A DNA stretch of 64,000 nucleotides from Pseudomonadota bacterium (GTDB taxonomy: Bacteria; Myxococcota_A; Polyangia; Polyangiales; Polyangiaceae), in assembly GCA_023431345.1 (NCBI GenBank), contig JAEYWK010000186.1, positions 38,946 through 102,945 of the forward strand, in the 5' to 3' direction. How positions within the stretch are numbered: the stretch's first letter is position 1; each line of letters opens with the position of its first letter. This document shows, piece by piece, positions 8,368 through 17,415 of the stretch. The notes beneath the pieces are model-generated. The model was not told where the DNA came from. It did not search any database and saw only the letters and a program-made list of their open reading frames with translations. The position numbers and the translations under genes are program-made.

Positions 8368-10419
8368 TTGGACCGCGCGCAGGCAGCACCACCGCCCTCG
8401 TCACCGTCCCCGCGAACGCCCGCGTCTCGGCTCGAGCACCCGCGCGCACCGCAATCTCGCTTCGACGCGACGCGCGCGTTCGTGCGCGAAGGGCTGCGGA
8501 GCCGGCTCGTGTGGCTGGTGCTCGCGGTCGGGCTTGCCGCTACCGCCGCCGCGGGCGTGCTGGCGGCGAAGCGCGCGCGCCTCGCCGCAGAGGCGGAGTT
8601 TGCGCGGAACTCGCAGGCGCTCCACGCCCACGTGACGGAGAGCTTTCGGGCCCCGCTCGAGGCGCTCCACGCCATCCACGCGCTCGGCGGGGCCTGGCCG
8701 GAGGTGGATCAACCCCGCTTCGAGCTGTTCGCCAGCCGCTTGCTCGAGCGCTATCCGAGCCTGGCCGCGCTGGAGCTGTTCGACGTCGTCGAAGCCTCAG
8801 AGCGAGAGCCGTTCGAGCGGAAGGTGAGCGCGCAGCTCGGTCGCGCTTTCTCTTTTCGTGAGCCGGCCGCGACCGGCGGGGGCATGGTGCCCGCTGCTCC
8901 GCGAGAGCGCTACGTGGTGCTCACGCGCCTCCTGCCGCTCCAGGACGGCCTGCTCGGGCTCGACTTGATGTTCGACCCGCTGCGGCGACAGCAGGTTGAA
9001 GACGCTGCGCGCGCGGCCACGCCGCTCGTGACCGGCAAGTTCCGGCTCGTCGAAGACCCGGAGGGAGTCTTCTCCGTCGCCGTCTATTATCCTCTGTACC
9101 AGGGCGGGGTGGTGCCGGCGCAGGTCGAGGCGCGCATGCGCGCGGTGCGCGGCTTCGCGGTGGCGCTGTATCGCTTGTCGCCCCTGATGCGCTCGGCCCT
9201 GCAAGGCGCGGCGTTCGACGCCGAGGCGGTGCGGCTCGTGGATCGCGATCCCGGGCTCTCGCCGAGCGACGCCCTGCTGTTCGGCAAGCCCGCGGCGGGC
9301 GGAGAAGGGGCGCTCCATCACTCCCATGATTTGCATTTTGCGGGTCGGGCCTGGGCGCTCGAAACCTCACGCGCCTCGGCGCCGCTGCTGGCGGGCGCGG
9401 GACCGAGCCTGGCCGTCGGCGGCGTGGGAAGCCTGCTGGTGGCCTTGCTCGTGGCGACGGCGACCTCGCTGCGCCAGTCGCGTCGGCGCGTCCGTGCGCT
9501 GCAAGAGCTCGGGCCTTATCAGCTGCTGCGTGAGGTCGGCGCGGGGGGGATGGGGCGCGTGTTCGAGGCGCGGCACAGCTTGCTGCGGCGCCGCGCGGCC
9601 ATCAAGGTGGTGGCCACCGAGGAGGCCAGCGAAGAGCAGCTGCGGCGCTTCGATTTGGAAGCGAAGATCACGAGCGAGCTGTGTCACCCGAACACGGTGG
9701 TGGTGTTCGACTACGGGCGCACGCGTAGCGGTGATTTTTACTACGCCATGGAGTTCGTCAACGGCATCGATCTCGAGCGGCTCGTACGAGAGCACGGCGC
9801 GCAGCCCGCCGCCCGCGTCCGACATCTGCTCGTTCAAGCGTGCGGCTCGCTCTCGGAGGCGCACGGCCTCGGCCTCGTTCACCGTGACGTGAAGCCGGGA
9901 AACTTGATGGTCGGCGTCATCGGGGGCGTGTTCGATTTCGTGAAGGTGCTCGATTTTGGCTTGGTGCGGGTGACGCGCGGCGTAGAAGCTGGCAAATCCG
10001 GTCCTGGACATTTACTGGGTACGCCGCGCTACATGGCACCCGAGTGCTTCGCCAGCTCACAGGCCGGGCCCAGCGCCGACATCTACGCGCTCGGCTGCGT
10101 CGCTTACTTCTTGCTCGCGGGCCAAGAGCCGTTCAACGCCAAGACCGACGCGGGCATCGCGACCCTGCACCTCACCCAGCCGCCGCCGCCGCTCACCGGG
10201 CGTGGGCGCGGCGACGTCACGCCCGCCTTCGAGAAGCTGGTGATGCGCTGCCTCGCCAAGAAGCCCGACGAGCGCTTCGCCAGCATGGCCCAGCTGATGC
10301 GGGCCCTGAACGAGCTCGAGCTGGCGGCCTGGAGTCAGGCGGACGCGGCCGCGTTCTGGGCGGAGCACGCCGCCGACCAGGACGCGCGAGCAGCCGAGCG
10401 CAGCCTGGTTGCGCGCTGA
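8368..10419 (+). CDS. Ser/Thr protein kinase with extracytoplasmic CHASE-like sensor domain
   Basis: TM1 (LVWLVLAVGLAATAAAGVLAA). About 260-aa CHASE-like region (ERYPSLAALELF...PLVTGKFRLVEDPEGVFSVAVYYPLYQGG). TM2. Hanks kinase motifs (GAGGMGRVFEA, AIK, HRDVKPGNLMV, DFG, GTPRYMAPE). Confidence 0.8.
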   Translation: MDRAQAAPPPSSPSPRTPASRLEHPRAPQSRFDATRAFVREGLRSRLVWLVLAVGLAATAAAGVLAAKRARLAAEAEFARNSQALHAHVTESFRAPLEALHAIHALGGAWPEVDQPRFELFASRLLERYPSLAALELFDVVEASEREPFERKVSAQLGRAFSFREPAATGGGMVPAAPRERYVVLTRLLPLQDGLLGLDLMFDPLRRQQVEDAARAATPLVTGKFRLVEDPEGVFSVAVYYPLYQGGVVPAQVEARMRAVRGFAVALYRLSPLMRSALQGAAFDAEAVRLVDRDPGLSPSDALLFGKPAAGGEGALHHSHDLHFAGRAWALETSRASAPLLAGAGPSLAVGGVGSLLVALLVATATSLRQSRRRVRALQELGPYQLLREVGAGGMGRVFEARHSLLRRRAAIKVVATEEASEEQLRRFDLEAKITSELCHPNTVVVFDYGRTRSGDFYYAMEFVNGIDLERLVREHGAQPAARVRHLLVQACGSLSEAHGLGLVHRDVKPGNLMVGVIGGVFDFVKVLDFGLVRVTRGVEAGKSGPGHLLGTPRYMAPECFASSQAGPSADIYALGCVAYFLLAGQEPFNAKTDAGIATLHLTQPPPPLTGRGRGDVTPAFEKLVMRCLAKKPDERFASMAQLMRALNELELAAWSQADAAAFWAEHAADQDARAAERSLVAR

Positions 10420-11547
10420 TCAGAGCCAACCGAGCGCGCGAGCGATGGTCTGAATCTCGGGCAAGCGCGCGGCCAGCTCGTCGTTGTCTTTGACGGGCAG
10501 GAAGCGCGAGCTTTCACCCGTGCGCGGCAAGTGCAAGTACTTCGTCGGCAGCGCGGAGGTGACCTCGTTCACCAAGCGCTCGAACTGGATGACCGGGCTC
10601 CCCTCCACCTTCTTGGTGACGGTGAAGAATGTCCACGGCATGTCGAGCTCGAGCAGCGCCTTGGCGTCGAAATGAAAGACGTTGGTGTTGAACACCCGCA
10701 CCGTCGCCGGATCGAAGCTGGGGGGAATGCGGAACTCTTCCAGCACGCACGGCCTACCATCCACGCGCACGGGGATGCCGCCGCGATCGGAGCCGAGCTT
10801 GTCTACTACCTCCGAGGTGACGGGCAGGCCGTGCGCCAGGTGAAAGCCGAGGATCAACGGATCGAGCGTGCCGCCGAGGTTGTCGATGTTGGTCATCATC
10901 AGCGTCTTGCCGCCCCGCTCGACGAAGCGCTGCAGCAGCCCGCTGCGCTTCAGCGCGTCCGGCAGGTCGCCGTGGCCGGGGGCGTGCTCGCTCGGGCGAC
11001 CGTCGCGGCCGAGGAAGATGTTGCCGTCGGGCGTGAGTCGCAGCGAGAGCTCTTGCAGGAAGGTCGCGACCTCGTCGCCTCGGCGGCGTGAGCCCAGCGC
11101 GTCTTTGATCTTTTGATCCGTCGACTGGCTGGTCATCAGCCACAGCGGCGGGAGCGCGCCGTATTTTTCGCGGATCACCTCCACCTCGCGCAGGCGCAGA
11201 TCCAAGAAGGTGTGCCCCGGCACGGCGTCGACGAGCGCCTTGACGACGCCGCCCATGCGCGTCGCCATGCCTCCCGCCAGCACGACGAGCGCGTACTCAC
11301 CGCGCTCGAGCGCGGCCTTGCCCAGCGCGGTGAGCCGCTCGTGCTCCGCCGTCCCCGCGACCGGCAGGTGCACCACGTCACCGGGCGCGGGGGGCGCGAT
11401 GCTGCCCTTCACGACGTTGTCGGCGGGGACTCCGCGCTGCAGGGGCTGAGCCAGCTCAATCAAGCGAGGGGCGTTGAAGCCGCACTCTTCGAGCGTGCGC
11501 TTGATGTCGGCGGGAAGGGCGGCGAGCTGCGTTTCGAGCGAAGTCAT
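10420..11547 (-). CDS. UDPGP-family nucleotide-sugar pyrophosphorylase (UTP--glucose-1-P / UDP-GlcNAc pyrophosphorylase, eukaryote-type fold)
   Basis: LAGGMATRMGG (LxGGxGTxxG nucleotide-binding loop), LWLMTSQSTDQ and GHGDL motifs. Length 375 aa. Convergent with the kinase gene (stops adjacent at 10419/10420). Confidence 0.7.
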   Translation of the reverse strand: MTSLETQLAALPADIKRTLEECGFNAPRLIELAQPLQRGVPADNVVKGSIAPPAPGDVVHLPVAGTAEHERLTALGKAALERGEYALVVLAGGMATRMGGVVKALVDAVPGHTFLDLRLREVEVIREKYGALPPLWLMTSQSTDQKIKDALGSRRRGDEVATFLQELSLRLTPDGNIFLGRDGRPSEHAPGHGDLPDALKRSGLLQRFVERGGKTLMMTNIDNLGGTLDPLILGFHLAHGLPVTSEVVDKLGSDRGGIPVRVDGRPCVLEEFRIPPSFDPATVRVFNTNVFHFDAKALLELDMPWTFFTVTKKVEGSPVIQFERLVNEVTSALPTKYLHLPRTGESSRFLPVKDNDELAARLPEIQTIARALGWL

Positions 11548-11654
11548 GACGGCGCGCGAGCCTAATGGCGCGGACGTCCAGCCACAATCGCTTTGCAGCG
11601 GGCGCCGCGCGCGCGGGTTGCGGCAAGATCTGCCATACTGCCGCAGGCTCGCTC

Positions 11655-11912
11655 ATGTTTCGGCCGCGTCGCTCACTCGTCGTCGTGCTCGCGCTGCTGG
11701 GCGCAGCTTGCGCTACCCAGCGTGAGCAGCGCTCGTCGTCGGCCGAGGCGCGCGAACGCCCCACCGACGAAGCTTGCGAAGCGCCGGGCAAGCCACCGGC
11801 GCCGGCTGCGGAGTGGTCGTGCGCGTACTGGCACTGGAACGGCGTGCGCTACGTCTGGATCGAAGGCAGCTGGTACACTCCCGCCCCTTCAAGCGTGCCT
11901 GCCGCGCGCTGA
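11655..11912 (+). CDS. Small lipoprotein (85 aa) with W/Y-rich C-terminus
   Basis: Internal start MFRPRRSLVVVLALLGAACATQ gives a lipobox (LLGAAC). C-terminal CAYWHWNGVRYVWIEGSWY. Upstream part of the tabulated ORF 11565..11912 is unlikely to be coding. The 3' end overlaps the convergent gene by 24 nt. Confidence 0.45.
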   Translation: MFRPRRSLVVVLALLGAACATQREQRSSSAEARERPTDEACEAPGKPPAPAAEWSCAYWHWNGVRYVWIEGSWYTPAPSSVPAAR

Positions 11913-12692
11913 GCTCTTCTTTCGGGCGAGAGGCTTTGGGGGCTTGGCCTTCGTCTTGGGCTTCGCCTGGGCTCTGCGCGTGGCCTTCGTCTTGGGCTTC
12001 GCCTGGGCCTCGGGCTTGGCCTTCGCCAGCGCTTTGGTCTCGGGCTTGGCCTTGATGGGGGGCTTGGAAGCGCGCCTTTTTGCCACGACGAGGGGCGTGG
12101 GCGCGGTGCGTTTGGCGCGGCGCTTCGGCCGAGTCTTTCTTGCCGCGGGGGGCGGCTCGGTGCGGAGCGACGGGGCGAGCGCGCGTGCGGCGATGAGCAG
12201 CTGGGCAGTGGCGCTCACCCAGCGGTCCGCACCAAAGTCGCGGAAGCTCTCGAGCGCTTGCTTCACGTCCCCCGTCGCGTCCGCGTCGAGAGCTAGCTGT
12301 CCGGCTCGACCGAGCAGCGCGCGGAGCTCGTCGGCGGCATCATCGAGCGCGCTCGGCCCCGCCGGTCGCTCGACGCGCTCCGCCCGCTTGGCCAGCGTGA
12401 GCGAGCTCTGCCCCGCTGCTTCGGAGAACGCGTCGAGCTCCTGCTTCACGCGGCGGAAGAACTCGGCCTTGCGACCGCCCAAGATGATGCTTTGCACGAC
12501 GTCGAAGGCCAGGCTCATCAGATCTGGCAGCGGCTGGCCGTGCTCATCGGTGCCGCGATCTTCGCCGCGACCTTCGGTCAGAAAATGGAGAGCGGCCACG
12601 ATGGGCCCGACGTTCACGGCCGTCGTGCCGTCGCGCAGGGTGGTGACCCCCGTCTCGTTCAAGACTAACGCTTCGATCTCGGCTCGACTCAT
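11889..12692 (-). CDS. Protein with globular N-domain and histone-H1-like K/P/A-rich repeat tail
   Basis: Start chosen at MSRAEIEALV. The upstream 43 aa of ORF 11889..12821 are Gly/Arg-rich and probably non-coding. C-terminus KPKRRAKRTAPTPLVVAKRRASKPPIKAKPETKALAKAKPEAQAKPKTKATRRAQAKPKTKAKPPKPLARKK. The overlapping + strand ORF 11593..12765 is a Ser/Ala-rich low-complexity shadow. Confidence 0.55.
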   Translation of the reverse strand: MSRAEIEALVLNETGVTTLRDGTTAVNVGPIVAALHFLTEGRGEDRGTDEHGQPLPDLMSLAFDVVQSIILGGRKAEFFRRVKQELDAFSEAAGQSSLTLAKRAERVERPAGPSALDDAADELRALLGRAGQLALDADATGDVKQALESFRDFGADRWVSATAQLLIAARALAPSLRTEPPPAARKTRPKRRAKRTAPTPLVVAKRRASKPPIKAKPETKALAKAKPEAQAKPKTKATRRAQAKPKTKAKPPKPLARKKSSARGRHA

Positions 12693-12861
12693 GACGTTCC
12701 CCCACGGTACACGCGCTCGCGCGCAGCGCCAACGACGCGGGCCCATCGCCAGCCTCGATCCGTAGACGAGGCCCGGCGCGGACGCGGCCGCTCCCGCGCC
12801 CGAACCCGGCCCGATCACCAATCGAGGCTGGGCCTATCGCCGTGCTACGCTCGCGTCCGTC

Positions 12862-14436
12862 ATGCGACGCCGGCTCCTGCGCTCCCTCACGCTCGCGCTT
12901 TTCAGCGTGAGCTTGGCGGCGCAAGCCCAAGCGCCCGTGCTGCACGAGTACATCGAGCCGAACCCCGCGGAAGACGTGGAGCTGTCGGCCACCACGCAAG
13001 ATGGCGCCATGCCGGCGGCCCTCGAAACCGAGAGCGGGGTGGTCTCGGCGCCGCAAACCGGCGCTCGCAAGCCCAAGGCCGAGCACGCCTACGGGGGCAA
13101 CGCCACGCCCGACAGCATCGACGCCAGCTTCCGGGTCGACCGTGACACGACGCGGCCGGACACGGTGTCGTACGACGAGCCGTTCATCCCCGCCGTCGCG
13201 CCGTTCAAGCGGCTCTACGCCTTCGACGCCGTCGACGAGAGCTTCGAGCTCACCGTCTTCGACAAGACGCTCGGCAAGCTCGAGGTCGGCGGCAGACCAG
13301 GCCCCGCCGACGATCAATTTTACGCCGATCTGTTCGTCGATTTGGCGCCAGGGGTCCCGGTACGAATCCCGAGCGTGGGCCCCGGCGCGCGCGTGCTCGT
13401 CGCGCGCACGGAGCCCGAGCAGTCCTTTTCGCTCCAGCGTGATCGCGCCGACAACTGGTTCATGACCGGCGACGCCCGCCGCCGCGCGCGGCTGATCATG
13501 CAGCTGGCCGCGCCGCGCGCCGTCTTCAGCTCCGAGCTGGCCGACGCCAGCTGGGGGGACCTGCTGCAGAAGCTGCCCCCCGTCCCGCCCAGCGTGCGCA
13601 GCGCCGCGCTCGACGTCGCGCATCAAATCGGGGTTTCACAGCAACAATCACCCAAGCGGGTGGCAGCGGCGCTCGTCGCTTATTTCCGCAGCTTCGGGCC
13701 GTCGGAAGCAACGCCCAAGGCCACGCGCGGGGCTCAGCTCTATCAAGAGCTGTCGCTCTCGCGCAAAGGCGTGTGCCGGCATCGCGCCTACGCGTTCACG
13801 GTCACGGCCCTCGGCCTGGGCCTGCCCACGCGCATGGTGCGCAACGAAGCCCACGCGTGGGTGGAGGTCTACGACGGCGTGCGCTTCCACCGTATCGACC
13901 TGGGCGGCGCCGCCGGTCGCATGGAGCTGGATCCGCGCACCGCCGATCACGTGCACCGGCCGCCGCCCGACGCCTTCGCTTGGCCGGAGGGGTCGGAGTC
14001 CGGTCAGGCCATGCTGAATGACACGCTCGAGGGAGCGTCCGACGCAGGCGCTCCCGCCCCCCGCGCCTCGAGCGCTACCAGCCCGCCGTCGCCCCCGGCC
14101 GGCAGCGCGAGCGCTCCGAGCCCGACCGCCGCCGCGGCCGGCGACGAGCGGCCGACGGCGAGCGTTACGTTGAAGCTCTCGGCGGGCAGCTCTGCCCGGG
14201 GGGGCTCACTGTCGGTGGCGGGGAAGGTCGAGGCGGACGGGGAGGCGTGTAGTAGCATGCGCGTCGATCTCAGCTTGCGTGACGCCGCGGGGGTGGAAAC
14301 GTGGCTCGGAGCCTTTCCGACCGACCAGAACGGTCGCCTCGAAGGCCGCGTCACGGTGCCGTTCGACATCGACGTAGGCGACTACCGCGTCGTCGCGCGC
14401 ACGCCGGGAGCTGGTCGCTGTGGCGGGAGCCGCTGA
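12862..14436 (+). CDS. Secreted transglutaminase-like (papain-fold Cys-His-Asp) protein with C-terminal Ig/carboxypeptidase-regulatory-like domain
   Basis: Signal peptide MRRRLLRSLTLALFSVSLAAQAQA. Transglutaminase core KGVCRHRAYAFTVTALGLGLPTRMVRNEAHAWVEVY...RIDLGG. S/A/P-rich linker. C-terminal beta domain (LSVAGKVEADGEACSSMRVDLSLRDAAGVETWLGAFPTDQNGRLEGRVTVPFD). Confidence 0.65.
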   Translation: MRRRLLRSLTLALFSVSLAAQAQAPVLHEYIEPNPAEDVELSATTQDGAMPAALETESGVVSAPQTGARKPKAEHAYGGNATPDSIDASFRVDRDTTRPDTVSYDEPFIPAVAPFKRLYAFDAVDESFELTVFDKTLGKLEVGGRPGPADDQFYADLFVDLAPGVPVRIPSVGPGARVLVARTEPEQSFSLQRDRADNWFMTGDARRRARLIMQLAAPRAVFSSELADASWGDLLQKLPPVPPSVRSAALDVAHQIGVSQQQSPKRVAAALVAYFRSFGPSEATPKATRGAQLYQELSLSRKGVCRHRAYAFTVTALGLGLPTRMVRNEAHAWVEVYDGVRFHRIDLGGAAGRMELDPRTADHVHRPPPDAFAWPEGSESGQAMLNDTLEGASDAGAPAPRASSATSPPSPPAGSASAPSPTAAAAGDERPTASVTLKLSAGSSARGGSLSVAGKVEADGEACSSMRVDLSLRDAAGVETWLGAFPTDQNGRLEGRVTVPFDIDVGDYRVVARTPGAGRCGGSR

Positions 14437-15595
14437 CGCCCCCTACGTTCTGCTCGTCGAGAGTCATCGAGAGCAGGAGCGCGAGCGGGCGCTGCTCTTC
14501 GAAGCACCGGAGCGCGTGCTCTGCTGCCGGCGCCCGTCCGAGGTCGAGGCCGTGCTCGGGCTCGCGGAGGCGGCGGTCGCCGCTGGCCGCTTCGTGGCCG
14601 GCTTCCTCGCTTACGAAGCGGGCTACGGGCTGTCGCCCAAGCTCTCTGGCGTCGCGTGTGAGGCCACCCCCGAGCACGTCGCCTGGTTCGGCGTGTTCGA
14701 GCGAGCACGCGAGCTCCGCGGCCATGAGCTGGATGCCTGGCTCCGCGAGCGCGCTGCGGGCGGCGAGGCGACGCTGTCGGCGCTGCGGTTCGATCGCGAC
14801 GCCGAGCAGCACCGCGCTGATTTCGAGCGCATCCAGGCGCACCTGCGCGCCGGCGACAGCTACCAGGTGTGCCAGTCGTTGCGCGCCCATTTCGAGCTGC
14901 GCGGCGCGCCGGCGGCCCTCTTCCAAAAGCTGCGCGCGAAGCAGATCACCGCGTACTCGGCGCTGATCGAAACCGGCGAGTACGCGATCGTCTCGCTGTC
15001 ACCGGAGCTGTTCTTCCGCAAACGTGGCGGCCGCGTGCAGCTTCAGCCGATGAAGGGTACGGCCGCTCCGGGGCGAAGCGCGGCTGAAGACGCCGCCATC
15101 GCCGAGCAGCTGCGGACCGATCCCAAGACGCGCGCCGAGAACGTGATGATCGTCGACTTGCTGCGCAACGACATCGGCCGCCTAGCGAAGGCGGGCAACG
15201 TGCGGGTGCCGGAGCTGTTCGCGGTGGAGCGCTTCGACTCTCTGCTACAGATGACCTCCACCATCGAAGCCGAGGTCGACCCGCAGCTCGGCCTGCTCGA
15301 GCTGATGCGGGCGCTGTTCCCGAGCGGCTCGGTCACTGGCGCGCCGAAGCTGCGGACGATGCAGCTCATCCACGAGCTGGAGCCGACGCCGCGCGGCATC
15401 TTTTGCGGCAGCATCGGTTATGTCACGCCCGACAACGACGCTTGCTTCAACGTCGCGATCCGCAGCGCCTGCGTGCGCCTGTCGGGCGCGGGCGTGCTCG
15501 GCATCGGCAGCGGGGTGGTGGTCGACTCGACCAGCGACAGCGAGCTCGCCGAGTGCCGGCTCAAGGCTCGCTTTCTGAGCCGCGCCGCCGAGTGA
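14420..15595 (+). CDS. Chorismate-binding enzyme, aminodeoxychorismate synthase component I (PabB)-like
   Basis: C-terminal chorismate-binding block PELFFRKRGGRVQLQPMKGT...TRAENVMIVDLLRNDIGRLA...FPSGSVTGAPKLRTMQLIHELEPTPRGIFCGSIGYV. 391 aa is short for TrpE, so PabB-like is favoured. Start overlaps the 3' end of the upstream gene. Confidence 0.7.
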   Translation: MAGAADAPYVLLVESHREQERERALLFEAPERVLCCRRPSEVEAVLGLAEAAVAAGRFVAGFLAYEAGYGLSPKLSGVACEATPEHVAWFGVFERARELRGHELDAWLRERAAGGEATLSALRFDRDAEQHRADFERIQAHLRAGDSYQVCQSLRAHFELRGAPAALFQKLRAKQITAYSALIETGEYAIVSLSPELFFRKRGGRVQLQPMKGTAAPGRSAAEDAAIAEQLRTDPKTRAENVMIVDLLRNDIGRLAKAGNVRVPELFAVERFDSLLQMTSTIEAEVDPQLGLLELMRALFPSGSVTGAPKLRTMQLIHELEPTPRGIFCGSIGYVTPDNDACFNVAIRSACVRLSGAGVLGIGSGVVVDSTSDSELAECRLKARFLSRAAE

Positions 15596-15618
15596 CGGCG
15601 CACGTGAGCCGGCGGCGC

Positions 15619-17237
15619 TCAGTTTCCTACGGAGCGGCGGACGCGGTCGGTGTGCGAGGAGAGCTCGCGCAGCGCGCCGTCTTGCTTGCGGGCCGCCTCT
15701 TCGATTTGCATGGCCGCGCTGAGCGCGCGCTCGGAGCCGCGCGTTTGCGTGCGCTGCGCGGAGTTGAGCTGACCGGCCAAGCTGTTGATGCTCTCCATGG
15801 CCTGCGTGATCTGCCGGCTGCCGCGCGACTGCTCTTGGCTCGAGCGCTCGACCTGCTGCGAGATGGTGCGCATCTTCTCGCCACTCTTCATGATCAGCTC
15901 GGAGCCGCGCGCCTGCTGGGCGGTGGCGGCAGCGATCTGCTGCACGGTGGCGGCGATGCGGCCGATGGCGTCCGTCACTTGCTTGCTGCCCTTGGCTTGC
16001 TCGACGGTCGCGCGGGCGATGGCGCGCACCATGTTCGTGCTCTTCTGCGAGCTCTCGAGGATCTTCTTCAGGGCGCGCTCGGCTTCGTTCGAGACCTCCA
16101 CGCCGCGATCGACGTTCTGTGCACCGCGCTCCACGGCGAGGATGGCGTTCTTCGACTCGCTCTGGATGGTCTTGATCAGGTCGGCGATTTCTTTGGTGCT
16201 CGCGCCGGCGCGCTCGGCCAAGTCCTTGATTTCGTCGGCCACGACCGCGAAGCCCTTGCCGTGCTCGCCCGCTTGGGCGGCGATGATGGCCGCGTTCAGC
16301 GCCAACAAGTTGGTCTGCTCGGCGACGTCGTCGATGACGTTGAGGATTTGGCCGATGGCGTCGATGCGAGAGCCGAGGTTCGAGATCACCGCCACCGCTT
16401 CCTGGCTGCTCTCTTTGATGCGGTAGATCTCGCCGATCGTCTTCAAAATGGCTTCCGCGCCGCGCTCGGCGTCTTGCGCGACTTCCTCGGACAGGCGCGC
16501 CGTCTCGTTGGCGTTCGATTGAACTTGGTCAATCGACACGTCCATCTCGTTCATGCTCGAGCTGGTTTCCTCGGCCGTGAGCGAGAGCGCGTCGACGTTC
16601 TTGGCGACCTCCTTGATCGAGTACGCCATCTCTTCGATCGAAGCCACCGTCTCGCGGACGCTCGTGGCTAGGTCGACGATGTTGCCGGCCACCTGCTCGT
16701 TGGTGGCCGTCATCTGGATCACCGACGAGCTCGACTCTTCGGCGGACGTGGCCAGCACTTCCACGTGCTCGGCGATCTCGCGCTGCGAGCTGGTCATCTC
16801 TTTGATGTAGCGGGCCGTCTCGTCGCTGGCGTTCAGCTGCTGGGCGACGCCATCGGTGAGAGAGCGCAGCGCCGCGCTGAGCGCGCCGGCCGCCTCGGCC
16901 ATTTCATCTTTGTCGACGCCGCCATCGCGCGCTTCTTTCAGGGCGTCGTGAGCGTCGGCGAGCTCCTCGTAGAGGCGAGCCAGCGCTGGCGGCGCGTCGC
17001 GTGGCGCCTCCGGGCGCCGACCGTCGAGCATCCGGCGCACGGAGCTCGCGACGGCCTCCATCGTTTCGGTGGCTCCGCCGTCTCCGCCGCTGCTGAGCAC
17101 CAAGTAGCCGGCGACGACGGCGTAGAGGACGATGGCCACCATCAGCCCCGTCTCGACCTTGAAGACGGCGACGATGCCCAGCGCGAGGACGAGCAGGGCG
17201 CCCAGCGCAAACAATTGACGTTGTGACACGCGGTTCA
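15619..17237 (-). CDS. Methyl-accepting chemotaxis protein (orphan, no adjacent che genes)
   Basis: Start at MNRVSQRQLFALGALLVLALGIV (TM). Second TM. Highly conserved MCP signalling hairpin LLALNAAIIAAQAGEHGKGFAVVADEIKDLAERAG. The upstream 55 codons of ORF 15619..17403 encode RDRRRDRR from a tandem repeat and are not coding. Confidence 0.85.
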
Positions 17238-17356
17238 TACGGCTCGACCCTGAGCTGAAAAGCTCCGAGCACATGACGAAAGCACAGATCTTTTCGCTTG
17301 TCGCCAGCCGCCGCGGCGGCTGTTTCAATAAGTCTCGGTCGGTCGCGCGCCGGTCG

Positions 17357-17392
17357 CGCCTTCGGTCCCGCCTTCGGTCCCGCCTTCGGCCG
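17357..17392. repeat. 12-bp direct tandem repeat CGCCTTCGGTCC x3 (third copy imperfect)
   Basis: Read directly: cgccttcggtcc cgccttcggtcc cgccttcggccg. Lies in the 178-bp spacer between the histidine kinase gene (ends 17416) and the MCP start (17237). Confidence 0.6.
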
Positions 17393-17415
17393 CCGCGCCG
17401 CACCGCGTGGGCGTT

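Noticed and set aside
11593-12765. 390-aa + strand ORF, Ser/Ala/Arg-rich low complexity
   Set aside because: It overlaps, on the opposite strand, the coherent histone-tail protein gene and the K/P/A repeat DNA. Composition (SSS, AAA, RRR runs) is typical of an antisense shadow in high-GC DNA. No domain-like sequence.
12544-13626. 360-aa minus-strand ORF
   Set aside because: Antisense to the transglutaminase-like gene. The Arg/Gly-rich product (RDGGQLLQQVPPAGVGQ...) has no domain signature.
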